Below are positions 27,900 to 37,008 of a DNA stretch of 64,000 nucleotides, in pieces. The translations under genes and the position numbers were made by a program. The first letter of the stretch is position 1. Each line of letters opens with the position of its first letter. The notes below the pieces were generated by a model. That model was not told the DNA's origin. It did no database searches and saw only the letters and a program-made list of their open reading frames with translations. This DNA is from a virus: IMG/VR virus record IMGVR_UViG_3300035034_000924, positions 21,399-85,398 of that record; one strand, given 5' to 3'.

Positions 27900-30800
27900 A
27901 TGGCCAAGCTGCCTAAATTTAGAGAAGAGTTCCCTTGTCTGGCATGTCCGCTAGGTGAGCAAGGCTGCGCCAAGATCAAGGCCAGCGGTTCCCGAAGAGC
28001 CAAGATCCTAGTCGTTACTCACGGGCCTCACGACGGAAACGCTGCCCACTACAAAGAGCATATGACCAGAGACGCTCTAGCGGTGTTCAAGAGAGCCATG
28101 CACGAGAACGGTTTTACCGATTCAGACTTCGTGTTCGTATCTTCGGTACGGTGCTACTACGACAGAGACCTCAGGCCTACGAAAGAAAAGACGCACATAG
28201 CTGAGCAGTGCCGAGAATACTTGCTACGCACCATTGACCAGATGAAGCCAGACATAATTGTACCGTTAGGTGTCGAGGCGGCTAGGTCGGTTTACGGCAA
28301 AGCAAAAAAGATAACCAAGATACGCGGGGCAGTGGAATGGGATGCCGACTACAACGCGCACATATTCCCTATGATTGACCCGCAGATGGTATCCAACTAT
28401 CCACAGAACTGGGGGACATTCAAAGCAGACGCCAGAAGCTTGCGTAGGCTGATGGACAACGGTTTCAACGAAGCAGATGTTGCTAGGCAGGGTCTGGGCG
28501 AATACGAAATAGTCGATGACCTACAATTCCTGATTGATAAAAACCCAGAAGTATTGGTGCTCGATACGGAGACCGAGGGCAAACGTTGGTCAGAGCGAGA
28601 TAAACGGTTATTGACCATTCAGCTAACTGACGAGGCGGGCAAGGGGTATATGGTCGTGTGGGACCACCCAGAAGCACCCGCCAATAGGCAGACAAAGCGT
28701 AGGCTGAGAAGACAATTCAAAGAGCTACTCGAAAGGGAAGAACTCACCGTAGTCGGGCAGAACCTGAAGTACGACGCGCTTTGGATGTATACCAGAGTCG
28801 GGGTCCGGTTCCGAATAGGTGATGACACGCTCATGCTGGCAGCAATCCTAGATGAGAATAACCTGAACAAAGACCTATCCTCACTGACAAAAATGTTTGT
28901 GCCGGAGATGGCGGGCTACGATGATCTGTTCAACAGGACGTACGACAAGTCTAGGATGCAAGACGTACCGATAGCCGAGATACTGAACTATGGTTGCGGG
29001 GACTCGGATGCTTGCAAACGTTTGCACGAATATTTCTGGGGACAGATAGAGACAGACCCGCAACTGGTTACGCACTATGACGAAGTATCTTTGCCGGGAC
29101 TGAACGCGTTCGTCTCTACTGAGATGCGGGGGCTCAAGGTTAACTTAGCGGGGCTGGATGATCTTAGGACTACCTTGGCAGAGTATGTCGATGAGCTGGA
29201 AGAGAGCCTGCTCACACAAATACCTAGAAGAATAAAGCGTGACCACCTAGAAGCGGGCAAAGAGATAAAACTATCAAGGCCTGACCTACTAAGAGACATA
29301 CTGTTCCATCATCCAGCAGGGTTTAACCTAAGACCCAGAGTGTTCACCAAGACCACGGCTAAGCTAGCGCCAGAACTGCAAGTACCTTCCACCAGTAGTA
29401 AAGACCACCTACCGTTTTTCTTTGACGATTGCCCGTTCACAGAAGAGCTGGCCGAGTACCAAAAACTTAGCAGGTTGCTGGGTACAAACATTGAGAAGTT
29501 TCAAGAGAACTACATGATCGGGGATATGGTTTACCCGTCCTATCAACTGCACGTCACGGTAACGGGGCGAACATCGTGCCTCAGAGAAGATCAGTTGGTG
29601 GATACACGCCACGGTAAGAAGCGTGCAGACAACATTGAAGTAGGGGACGAAGTATTCACACACATGGGTAGGTTCCGCCCCGTTACAAAGCTGTTCCGAA
29701 AACCAGTTACGCCTATGGTGGATGTAAGGTTTAGTAACGGGGAAGTCTTGCATGTCACACTAGATCATATTGTCTTGCTTAACTCTGGTGAGTTTGTTAC
29801 CGTTAGGTCAATCATCCAGCAAGGGATAGACTATGCCCAGTGTCAGCAAGAAGCATATGCAGGACGAAGAGCTAGTTTTGCAGGTAGCAGAAACATACCG
29901 CACATCTATGATGACTGTGCAGGAAGTAGCGGACAGGTATCATGTGAACCACGTAACAGCGCGAGCCATGATTCGGAAGCACATATCAGACGAGGACTTC
30001 AAGAAGTTCGCGCACTACAGATATCACGACAGCAAGCTGGGGAAAAAGAACCATCAGTTTGGCAATCAGCGGGCATCAGATTGCGAGGATGGCAGGGGCT
30101 ACCTTACGAGACTAGTAGAGGGCAAGAGATACTTTGTGCATCGGATAGTATTCGCGGGGGGTATGGGCATGAAGCCTCACGAATTGCCAGAGTCGATGAT
30201 TGTACATCACATAGACGGGAACCCGAAGAACAACAGTCTCGACAACCTTGCACTGACAACGCGGAGGGGGTATTCGGGTATACACGACCGATACCTGTTT
30301 CCTTCCGAAGAGTTTCAATTGAGAGCATTGACTATTCGGGAAGCTATCGAGTTTATGACTTCGAGGTAGAGGAAGATCACTCGTATCTGGCGGGTGGCGT
30401 ATTCTCCCATAACTCACAAGACCCTAATGGCCAGAACTTCCCCAAACGTGGCAGGTTCGCTAAAGCGTACCGAAAGCTCTTTGTACCGAACGAAGGTTAC
30501 TTCATGCTGGAGGCTGACTTGTCTCAGGCAGAGCTGCGTATATCCGCAGACATGTCGAACGACCAAGAGATGATACGCATCTACAATAGTCCGGGCGGGG
30601 ACATCCACAAAACAACTGCCCTGATCGTAACAGGGCTATCGGCAGAGCAGTTTGCGCAACTTGATAGGACAGAACAATCACTGGCTAGGTTTAAAGCCAA
30701 GGCCGTGAACTTCGGGTTCATCTACGGTATGGGCTGGAGAAAGTTCATCACGTACGCGAAGACCCAATACGGCGTAGAGTTTACTGACAGAGAAGCGCAG

Positions 30801-31412
30801 CGGATACGGGACCAGTTCTTCCAGAGATACCCTGCACTAGTACGATGGCACAAAGCTATGCGTGAGTATGCAAGGACGCATGGTTATGTGCGGTCTTACA
30901 GCGGGCGAGTACGCCACCTACCTATGATCTACTCGCGGGAAGAGTACATCCGAAACGAAGCTGAGAGACAGGCAATCAATAGCCCCGTTCAGGAGTTCGC
31001 CTCGTCTATCGGGGTCATGGCGCTGAGTAACATTGACCAAGATGTAAACCCTGATTACCTAGCAATTACTGGTTTCGTGCACGATGCTATCTACGCCCTT
31101 GTCCCGTACCAATACGCGGAGTGGGGAGCGAAGACGCTCAAGCATTATATGGAGACTGTAGATATCGAAGGTATATTTAACCGCAGACTCAAAGTACCTA
31201 TTCTGGCGGACGTATCTATCGGTTTGAATGGTGGTGAGCAATTCGAGATGGCGGGCCTAGATCTAGATACAGAATACAACTGGGAGTCTCAGCTTGAATA
31301 TGAACCGGAAGATGGCTTCCCGTTCGAGATGACAGAGCAGCTGACCCCACCAGACGATGGCTTGATAGAGCTGCCTAGGCACTTAGTAAGACCATCGCTA
31401 CTAGCCCCGTGA
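27900..31412 (+). CDS. polA: Family A DNA polymerase with N-terminal UDG-family-4-like domain, 3'-5' exonuclease and an intein
   Basis: Exo motifs LDTET, GQNLKYD, YGCGD; pol motifs TVTGRTS/SQDPNGQN (split by intein), EADLSQAELR, AKAVNFGFIYG, VHDAI. Confidence 0.93.
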   Translation: MAKLPKFREEFPCLACPLGEQGCAKIKASGSRRAKILVVTHGPHDGNAAHYKEHMTRDALAVFKRAMHENGFTDSDFVFVSSVRCYYDRDLRPTKEKTHIAEQCREYLLRTIDQMKPDIIVPLGVEAARSVYGKAKKITKIRGAVEWDADYNAHIFPMIDPQMVSNYPQNWGTFKADARSLRRLMDNGFNEADVARQGLGEYEIVDDLQFLIDKNPEVLVLDTETEGKRWSERDKRLLTIQLTDEAGKGYMVVWDHPEAPANRQTKRRLRRQFKELLEREELTVVGQNLKYDALWMYTRVGVRFRIGDDTLMLAAILDENNLNKDLSSLTKMFVPEMAGYDDLFNRTYDKSRMQDVPIAEILNYGCGDSDACKRLHEYFWGQIETDPQLVTHYDEVSLPGLNAFVSTEMRGLKVNLAGLDDLRTTLAEYVDELEESLLTQIPRRIKRDHLEAGKEIKLSRPDLLRDILFHHPAGFNLRPRVFTKTTAKLAPELQVPSTSSKDHLPFFFDDCPFTEELAEYQKLSRLLGTNIEKFQENYMIGDMVYPSYQLHVTVTGRTSCLREDQLVDTRHGKKRADNIEVGDEVFTHMGRFRPVTKLFRKPVTPMVDVRFSNGEVLHVTLDHIVLLNSGEFVTVRSIIQQGIDYAQCQQEAYAGRRASFAGSRNIPHIYDDCAGSSGQVSCEPRNSASHDSEAHIRRGLQEVRALQISRQQAGEKEPSVWQSAGIRLRGWQGLPYETSRGQEILCASDSIRGGYGHEASRIARVDDCTSHRREPEEQQSRQPCTDNAEGVFGYTRPIPVSFRRVSIESIDYSGSYRVYDFEVEEDHSYLAGGVFSHNSQDPNGQNFPKRGRFAKAYRKLFVPNEGYFMLEADLSQAELRISADMSNDQEMIRIYNSPGGDIHKTTALIVTGLSAEQFAQLDRTEQSLARFKAKAVNFGFIYGMGWRKFITYAKTQYGVEFTDREAQRIRDQFFQRYPALVRWHKAMREYARTHGYVRSYSGRVRHLPMIYSREEYIRNEAERQAINSPVQEFASSIGVMALSNIDQDVNPDYLAITGFVHDAIYALVPYQYAEWGAKTLKHYMETVDIEGIFNRRLKVPILADVSIGLNGGEQFEMAGLDLDTEYNWESQLEYEPEDGFPFEMTEQLTPPDDGLIELPRHLVRPSLLAP
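29013..29026. repeat. Dispersed palindrome, perfect copy
   Basis: TGCAAACGTTTGCA, in polymerase (CKRLH). Confidence 0.9.
29577..30413 (+). mobile_element. Intein (279 aa) in DNA polymerase
   Basis: Starts CLREDQLV, block B VTLDH, ends VYDFEVEEDHSYLAGGVFSHN followed by Ser; removal restores TGRTS-SQDPNGQN. Confidence 0.92.
29833..30369 (+). CDS. HNH homing endonuclease nested in the +1 frame of the polymerase intein
   Basis: GY...VHRIV...VHHIDGNPKNNSLDNL...H HNH motif, N-terminal HTH-like segment; AAGGGA RBS-like sequence 6 nt before ATG. Confidence 0.85.
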   Translation: MPSVSKKHMQDEELVLQVAETYRTSMMTVQEVADRYHVNHVTARAMIRKHISDEDFKKFAHYRYHDSKLGKKNHQFGNQRASDCEDGRGYLTRLVEGKRYFVHRIVFAGGMGMKPHELPESMIVHHIDGNPKNNSLDNLALTTRRGYSGIHDRYLFPSEEFQLRALTIREAIEFMTSR

Positions 31413-31429
31413 GTATTTTTTAATAAGAG

Positions 31430-31458
31430 TAGACAATAAAAGCGTATAATAGTATTAT
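31430..31458 (+). promoter_or_regulatory. Sigma70-like promoter
   Basis: TAGACA-N17-TATTAT in an AT-rich intergenic gap. Confidence 0.5.
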
Positions 31459-31491
31459 AGCTGCACCAATAAACAATCGCAGGAAAGAAAC

Positions 31492-31986
31492 ATGGCTGAG
31501 ACAAGAAAACGACAGGTTGGCAGACGGGCAAGCAGATCTAGTGATCGAGAGGCCGTTACACCAAAAGGCAGTAAGCCTAGCTCTAGTTCCGCCAAGCGGG
31601 TAAAAGAACAACGGCTGGAAGAACTCGCCCGAGGCATCGACACTAGACTAGTGGAGATTGAGCTTCGTAACAAAGAGATGGCTGGCATGCACACCGAAGC
31701 CGCCGAACTGATGGCCGAACTTAAGCTTGAGAAGTTTGATGTGCCTAGGGTAGGCGAACACCTCTTCGTTAAGAAAAAAGCTTCAGACAAATCTACCATA
31801 GATCCACGGGCTTACTACGGGAAGGTAGGTAAGGACGATTTCTATGCGTCCGTTTCGGTCACTAAGAAAAATGCCAAAGAGCACCTACCTGAAAAAGTCA
31901 TCGACCAGATCAGCACCAAGGTAGTCGGTGAATGGACAGGACCCCATTATTCCTTCAAGGCGGCAGGCTCTAAAAAAGGTAAGTAG
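31492..31986 (+). CDS. Hypothetical basic protein
   Basis: 164 aa, AGGA RBS, Arg/Ser-rich N-terminal tail. Confidence 0.65.
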   Translation: MAETRKRQVGRRASRSSDREAVTPKGSKPSSSSAKRVKEQRLEELARGIDTRLVEIELRNKEMAGMHTEAAELMAELKLEKFDVPRVGEHLFVKKKASDKSTIDPRAYYGKVGKDDFYASVSVTKKNAKEHLPEKVIDQISTKVVGEWTGPHYSFKAAGSKKGK

Positions 31987-32004
31987 GTCACTAAACAACC
32001 CACT
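31982..32004. promoter_or_regulatory. Iteron-related operator AGTAGGTC-N7-AACCCACT
   Basis: AGTAGGTCACTAAACAACCCACT, identical to 20772-20794. Confidence 0.7.
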
Positions 32005-32010
32005 GTTAAC

Positions 32011-32045
32011 AGCGCCTCTGGTTCGATGGACTAGGGGCGTTTTAG
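32011..32045 (+). terminator. Probable intrinsic terminator
   Basis: GCGCCTCTGGTTC-gatg-GACTAGGGGCGT hairpin followed by TTTT. Confidence 0.5.
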
Positions 32046-32062
32046 TCTTCGGAGTCAGATAG

Positions 32063-33040
32063 TTGGATGCCAAAGGAATAGAAGAGCTGCTAAAAGAAGC
32101 AGACGCACAGGACATAAAAAAAGAAGGCCAATGGGTCATGTCTCGCTGCCCGTTCTCTCCGTATGAGAGGGCGCACAGGTTCCGCATGGAACGCAACAGA
32201 TCCTTTGGTGTTTCGGTGCACGATAACGATGGCAAGTTCTCCGTGTACAACTGCTTCACTTGCAAGGCGCAGGGGACACTCAAGAACCTGTTCGAGAGAT
32301 TGGCTTCATTGCAAGGCGAGGACTATGACGAAATCATAGAAGGCCTAGACGTTAGTGAGGAACTAGGCGGACCACTGGGTAAGTTCAAGGAAGCGGGTAA
32401 AAGGGTAGAGGAACAGGCACCAGAACCGATCAGCAAAATGCACGAGGACCTGTACGACCCTTGCCCAGAAGACCACCCGTACCTAGAGACACGCGGGATC
32501 ACTGCAGAGACATGCAAACGTTTGCAACTTAAGATTGACGAGTCAGACAAGGATGGCGACGAAAGAATACTGTTCCCTGTATGGGATGACCTCGGTAACT
32601 TTTTTGGGTACAGCGGCAGAGCAGTGCATGAAGACCACGTAGGGCCTAAAGTGCGGGACTACTTCGGGTTAGCAAAGAGAGCATGCTTACTGGGGTCACA
32701 TCTACACGAGGGGGAGGGAGTTGTGTTATTGACCGAAGGCCTTCTCGACTACGCTAGGGGACAGGAACTAGGCTACTTTACGGTAGCCACGATGCACTCA
32801 GGCTTGACTGACTACCAAGCCAAGATACTGATAAGGATGAGCCTGCCCGTCTACGGTTTCCTAGACAACGATGCAGCGGGCAGGGAGGGTAATCTGATGG
32901 CGGCTAAAAAGATATCACCGCACCTACCCTTCATGGCGGTACGCTGGCCGAAAGGCATAGAAGATCTAGGAGACACAGCAATAACTGAACGCATGATCGA
33001 CCGAATGGTGGACAAAGCACAAATTTACCGAATCCAATAG
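32063..33040 (+). CDS. DNA primase (Zn-finger + TOPRIM)
   Basis: CP...H...CFTC zinc finger, YLETRGI, RILFP...G-x-SGR, EGLLD, LDNDAAG, KGIEDLGD. Confidence 0.88.
   Translation: MDAKGIEELLKEADAQDIKKEGQWVMSRCPFSPYERAHRFRMERNRSFGVSVHDNDGKFSVYNCFTCKAQGTLKNLFERLASLQGEDYDEIIEGLDVSEELGGPLGKFKEAGKRVEEQAPEPISKMHEDLYDPCPEDHPYLETRGITAETCKRLQLKIDESDKDGDERILFPVWDDLGNFFGYSGRAVHEDHVGPKVRDYFGLAKRACLLGSHLHEGEGVVLLTEGLLDYARGQELGYFTVATMHSGLTDYQAKILIRMSLPVYGFLDNDAAGREGNLMAAKKISPHLPFMAVRWPKGIEDLGDTAITERMIDRMVDKAQIYRIQ
32513..32526. repeat. Dispersed palindrome, perfect copy
   Basis: TGCAAACGTTTGCA, in primase (CKRLQ). Confidence 0.9.
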
Positions 33041-33051
33041 TAGGTGCTATA

Positions 33052-33393
33052 ATGAACGAGTTGATTACTCAACAAAAAGAAAGATCAAAATCACTGGCTC
33101 CGGCCATTGTTGATCTAATTGAAAAGGGAAAACCTGCCGCATTGGCACTCACAGCAGTACATGTGAAGAAAAGCAGATACCCGAAGCCAGTTATGTTTAT
33201 AGTGCCCATGGACCACTTCGGTGGTTCTAGGAAAGAAGCTCTATTCGCCCTTCAAGGCGGGTTCAGCGAGGTACTAGATATGCACAACCCTGACCCGGTC
33301 AGGTTATGGAAAGTGGGACTGACAACCAACGCGGCCAAGGCCTTAATTAAAATGATCCGCGAAGTCGTGGATAGTAAAACGGAGATAGTTTAA
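33052..33393 (+). CDS. Hypothetical protein
   Basis: 113 aa, AGGT RBS, operon packing. Confidence 0.55.
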   Translation: MNELITQQKERSKSLAPAIVDLIEKGKPAALALTAVHVKKSRYPKPVMFIVPMDHFGGSRKEALFALQGGFSEVLDMHNPDPVRLWKVGLTTNAAKALIKMIREVVDSKTEIV

Positions 33394-34628
33394 TGAGTAG
33401 AAGAGCAGGACGTTCATCTGGTTCAAGCAGCAGAGGTTCAAGCAGCAGAGGTCGCGGTGCATCCAGAGTAGGCGGGGGCGGTAGCAGAGGCCCAGCTGAA
33501 AGTTCAAGAGGGAGTGGTGCTTCGCAATCCAGAGGTCAGGGCCGCCCGCAGAATCGAGCGGTATATACTGGCGAGGAAGGACGCCGTCAGGCGGAGCGGG
33601 AAAAGGAATCTATCAGTAAGCGCAGAGAGGAATCAAAGAACAGAACATTCGAGCCTTTCCGTTTCTACATGCTGCCTGAGACTGAACGCGAAATTGTCGT
33701 GCTCGATGATGACTTCGGTTTCTTCCGGTACGAACACGCCGTTATGAATCCAGACACTGGGCGGGCAGACAGGTACTTTCCTTGCCTCGATCACAAAAAT
33801 GGCTGTCAGATTTGTAAGCAGCTGGATAAGAACTACCCCTACTACGCGATGTACGCCAGCGTCATTGATCTTGAAGGCTACGAAAGCAAGAGCCAAGGCT
33901 GGGTCGAGTGGTCACGTAAGATGTTCTTGGTTAAGTCGGGTATGCAACAGCGCTGGTTCAGAGAGGTTGATCGACTCAAGCGGGACAGCCCTGACGCGCC
34001 ATTGCGGGGTGCAGTATTCCGTCTATTCAGGGATGGAACTTCTGACCCTAAGACAGGCAGCGATATCGAGTTCATCGAATACATGGACGAAGACGAACTG
34101 AAGACCTACGAAAGGGAGTACGAGGACAGGGACCGTAAAGTTCAGGTAGAAGATTGTTCAGTGCCGTTTGACTACATGGCAATCTACCCAGAGCTTACCG
34201 AGCAAGACATTGGTTCTGCCTTAAACCTCCGACCGTCCGAGCCAGTGGCAGGCTCCCGCCGTTCGCAGTCACAGGAACCGGACTATGACGATGGTGCCGA
34301 AGCGTACGAGGACGAAGATCCTGAGTACGAAGAAGACGGTGATCTTGACGAACAGTGGAACGAAGACGAAGCTTACGAGGGTGAGGAAGAGGCCGAGGGT
34401 GAGGAAGAAGAGCCCCCTTTCGACGTAGACGATCCTGTTGACGATGAGCCTAAAGGCAGATCACGCAGGACTGCGGGCAAGCCTCGTACGCGTTCCACAG
34501 CAGCTGAAGAGAATGATGAGTCAGGCCGAAGGGCTACCTCGGGTTCTAGACGATCTGCAGGCGGAGCCGCTCGACCTAGGGCGAAAGCAGCACCTCGCGG
34601 GAATGCCCGGAATACGCGGCGCAGATAG
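33393..34628 (+). CDS. Putative single-stranded DNA-binding protein (Zn-binding, gp32-like) with RG-rich and acidic disordered tails
   Basis: H...C...CQIC putative Zn site, aromatic OB-like core, long Asp/Glu tract, location in the replication block. Confidence 0.6.
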   Translation: MSRRAGRSSGSSSRGSSSRGRGASRVGGGGSRGPAESSRGSGASQSRGQGRPQNRAVYTGEEGRRQAEREKESISKRREESKNRTFEPFRFYMLPETEREIVVLDDDFGFFRYEHAVMNPDTGRADRYFPCLDHKNGCQICKQLDKNYPYYAMYASVIDLEGYESKSQGWVEWSRKMFLVKSGMQQRWFREVDRLKRDSPDAPLRGAVFRLFRDGTSDPKTGSDIEFIEYMDEDELKTYEREYEDRDRKVQVEDCSVPFDYMAIYPELTEQDIGSALNLRPSEPVAGSRRSQSQEPDYDDGAEAYEDEDPEYEEDGDLDEQWNEDEAYEGEEEAEGEEEEPPFDVDDPVDDEPKGRSRRTAGKPRTRSTAAEENDESGRRATSGSRRSAGGAARPRAKAAPRGNARNTRRR

Positions 34629-34629
34629 T

Positions 34630-36297
34630 ATGAGTGAGTTACCCAAACAAGGGTTGCGTGGGATGGCGGCTGTCGAGGGCAGCCGTCGTTCCTTAAGCGC
34701 AATAGCCGAGCAGCTACACTGGATAGACTACGATCCTGTGGAAGATGTAAGCGAAGAGAAAGACGAATGCGTTGCAGATGGAGACACTCTGTACGTGCCT
34801 AGGGGTTTTGCCAGATCTAGCTTGGGCGCGTACAAAGTTTCTTGTCTTTATGATCTAGAGTATGGCTGGGAGATACAGACACCTTTCTTCCCAGAGCTGC
34901 GGGAGTACCAAGAAGATCCAGTAGAGGCAGCAACACAAGCCCTGCTCTCATACCACGATGTAATCCTAAAAGCATACACGGGTTCCGGTAAGACAGTTAT
35001 GGCCACAAGTGTAGCCGCTCAGTTAGGCGTTACTACTCTGATAATCGTGGACCAGAACAAGTTGGCTAGGCAATGGGAAGAGACCCTGATAAACCACTTC
35101 GGTTACAAGAAGGAAAGGATCGGCAGGATACAGGGGCCGCAAGATAAGTGGGACTACGAAGACAAAGACTTCACCATAGCGATGGTCCAATCTATCTACG
35201 ACAAGGAACTGGATGATGATCTGCTAGAGTACTTTGGTATGCTTATCGTTGACGAGTACCATTCGGTAGGGGCAGAGCAATACAGCAACGTGTTCCAGAT
35301 GTTCCCTACGGCCTACCGATTATCTGTGTCGGCTACGGACAGAAACGATAGTCGTAAGAAGGTGGTCCGTTGGCACCTATGCGCCCAAGAAGTTGCACTT
35401 GATAAGCAGCACCAAAAGTCTACGGTGCGGGTTATCGAATACAAAGGGCCACCACCAAGCTACTACAGCCAGCTATCCAAGAAAGACGGCAGGTACATCT
35501 CTGAGCTTGTCGAGGACGGCGATAGAAACCTTTTCATAGCAGAGCACATAGTTAAGCTTTACGAGGCGGGCAGGACACTGCTAGTGATAGGGGCTAGAAT
35601 CCATCACCTAGAATGCCTACATGCTTTGTGCCGCATGTTAGGTATTCCTTACGAAGACATGCTGATGTACACAGGCAGCACCAATTCTTGGAGGTACGTT
35701 AAGGACAAAAACCCGGCACGTACTCCGAGCGGGTGGGAAGACGGCACAGAGTTCACGCCAATTAAGAAAGAGCTTAAACTGAAGAAAACCAAGCTCCATG
35801 AGCTGGACGCCTTCTTAAACATAACACCTATAATTTTCTCGACCTACTCAGCATTCTCTAAGGGCGTAGACGTACCAGAGCTGGACACGGGGATAGACGT
35901 CACACCCAAGGCTACGTTCGTGCAGATCCACGGTAGAATCCTACGTTTGTATAGTGGCAAGAAAAAGCCTATATGGGTTACAATAAGAGACTATAACTCC
36001 TTCCGCGCCGAGTACCAGCTGAGCGGAAGGCTAAAAGAATTCAGTAAATCAAACGTGGAGGTCGTAAAATGGCATCGGCACAAAGGTCTCGCAGACCAAA
36101 AAATAGACGAACTGCGGCAAGCAACCCTGCGGCGGAGCGAGAGGATAAAAGACGCAAGGATCATAACCGGAGAAGACGGGAGAAATTTGCTTCTAGCCCC
36201 GCCTACAGGGAGCACATCAACAGCGAACAGAAGCGCAGGTACTGGGAGAGTAAGGAAGAAGCAGAAGCAACCGAACTCACAGAGGGACTTATTCTAG
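34630..36297 (+). CDS. Superfamily 2 DNA helicase
   Basis: LREYQ, YTGSGKT, IVDEYH, SAT, KGVDVPELD, QIHGRILR motifs. Confidence 0.9.
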   Translation: MSELPKQGLRGMAAVEGSRRSLSAIAEQLHWIDYDPVEDVSEEKDECVADGDTLYVPRGFARSSLGAYKVSCLYDLEYGWEIQTPFFPELREYQEDPVEAATQALLSYHDVILKAYTGSGKTVMATSVAAQLGVTTLIIVDQNKLARQWEETLINHFGYKKERIGRIQGPQDKWDYEDKDFTIAMVQSIYDKELDDDLLEYFGMLIVDEYHSVGAEQYSNVFQMFPTAYRLSVSATDRNDSRKKVVRWHLCAQEVALDKQHQKSTVRVIEYKGPPPSYYSQLSKKDGRYISELVEDGDRNLFIAEHIVKLYEAGRTLLVIGARIHHLECLHALCRMLGIPYEDMLMYTGSTNSWRYVKDKNPARTPSGWEDGTEFTPIKKELKLKKTKLHELDAFLNITPIIFSTYSAFSKGVDVPELDTGIDVTPKATFVQIHGRILRLYSGKKKPIWVTIRDYNSFRAEYQLSGRLKEFSKSNVEVVKWHRHKGLADQKIDELRQATLRRSERIKDARIITGEDGRNLLLAPPTGSTSTANRSAGTGRVRKKQKQPNSQRDLF

Positions 36298-36623
36298 ATG
36301 GCGAACTGAAAGAAGTAGTTTGCCCAGAGGACCCAGACATAGAACCTACAACGGTGAACGCTTACACGTTACGGGAAGCAGCTGATGCACTGGGCAAGTC
36401 TTATCTTACCGTAAGGGCGTGGGCCAAGAACGGGCTGTTCCCTAAGTCAATACTGACAGACACCACATACAACTACGATCAGTACAGCCAAGGTGAGCTT
36501 GAAGCCATTGTCGGGATACTCGATGAGCATTTCAGAAAGCATAGCCAGCTGCAAAAGAACCACACTGAAGTTTGCGAACGTTTGCAAACCGCGATGGATG
36601 AGTACCGCGAAGAGTACATCTAA
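36069..36623 (+). CDS. HTH (MerR/excisionase-like) DNA-binding protein
   Basis: YTLREAADALGKSYLTVRAWAKNGLFP HTH; GGAGG RBS; overlaps the helicase 3' end by 229 nt. Confidence 0.7.
   Translation: MASAQRSRRPKNRRTAASNPAAEREDKRRKDHNRRRREKFASSPAYREHINSEQKRRYWESKEEAEATELTEGLILDGELKEVVCPEDPDIEPTTVNAYTLREAADALGKSYLTVRAWAKNGLFPKSILTDTTYNYDQYSQGELEAIVGILDEHFRKHSQLQKNHTEVCERLQTAMDEYREEYI
36573..36586. repeat. Dispersed palindrome, 1 mismatch
   Basis: TGCGAACGTTTGCA, in CDS (CERLQ). Confidence 0.85.
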
Positions 36624-36651
36624 CTTTTATAACTGAGTGAAGGGAATAAGA

Positions 36652-37008
36652 ATGGCCGCAAAGCGAAGAAGTAGAACTAAACAAGAAGCAGAAGCAACCG
36701 AAGAAAGTGTGCAAGGCAAGATCACTAAAGACGTTGTATTGGTTTCCTCCAGCAGGATAGTGGATGGCCACAAGGAAGAGTACGATCTGGAGGTACAGAA
36801 GTTTGTTACCGACCCGGCTTTCGTACGCGTATCTGCAGGCCAGACACGGCAGATCGTGGAGTTTGAATCAGTGCGGGTAGACATCGCCGTCACGATCCCC
36901 TGCTACAAAGAGGAGGTTGAAGACGTCATTGCCGAGGCCACAGAGATGGTTGCTGACAGGCTTGAAAAAGAACTCGACTTCTACCTAGGTGCCGAAGAAG
37001 ATGAGTAG
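36652..37008 (+). CDS. Hypothetical protein
   Basis: G-x-T-x-x-I-x-x-FESVRVDI pattern common in phage replication blocks. Confidence 0.6.
   Translation: MAAKRRSRTKQEAEATEESVQGKITKDVVLVSSSRIVDGHKEEYDLEVQKFVTDPAFVRVSAGQTRQIVEFESVRVDIAVTIPCYKEEVEDVIAEATEMVADRLEKELDFYLGAEEDE

Noticed and set aside
10920-27902. Genome-wide stop-codon reassignment suggested by in-frame stop-ATG junctions (10920, 25159, 27897)
   Set aside because: Conserved genes are full length under the standard code and TAG, TAA and TGA all end credible genes.
34438-34629. Upstream extension of the SF2 helicase ORF
   Set aside because: Overlaps the SSB C-terminus in another frame; ATG 34630 directly after the SSB stop is the more plausible start.
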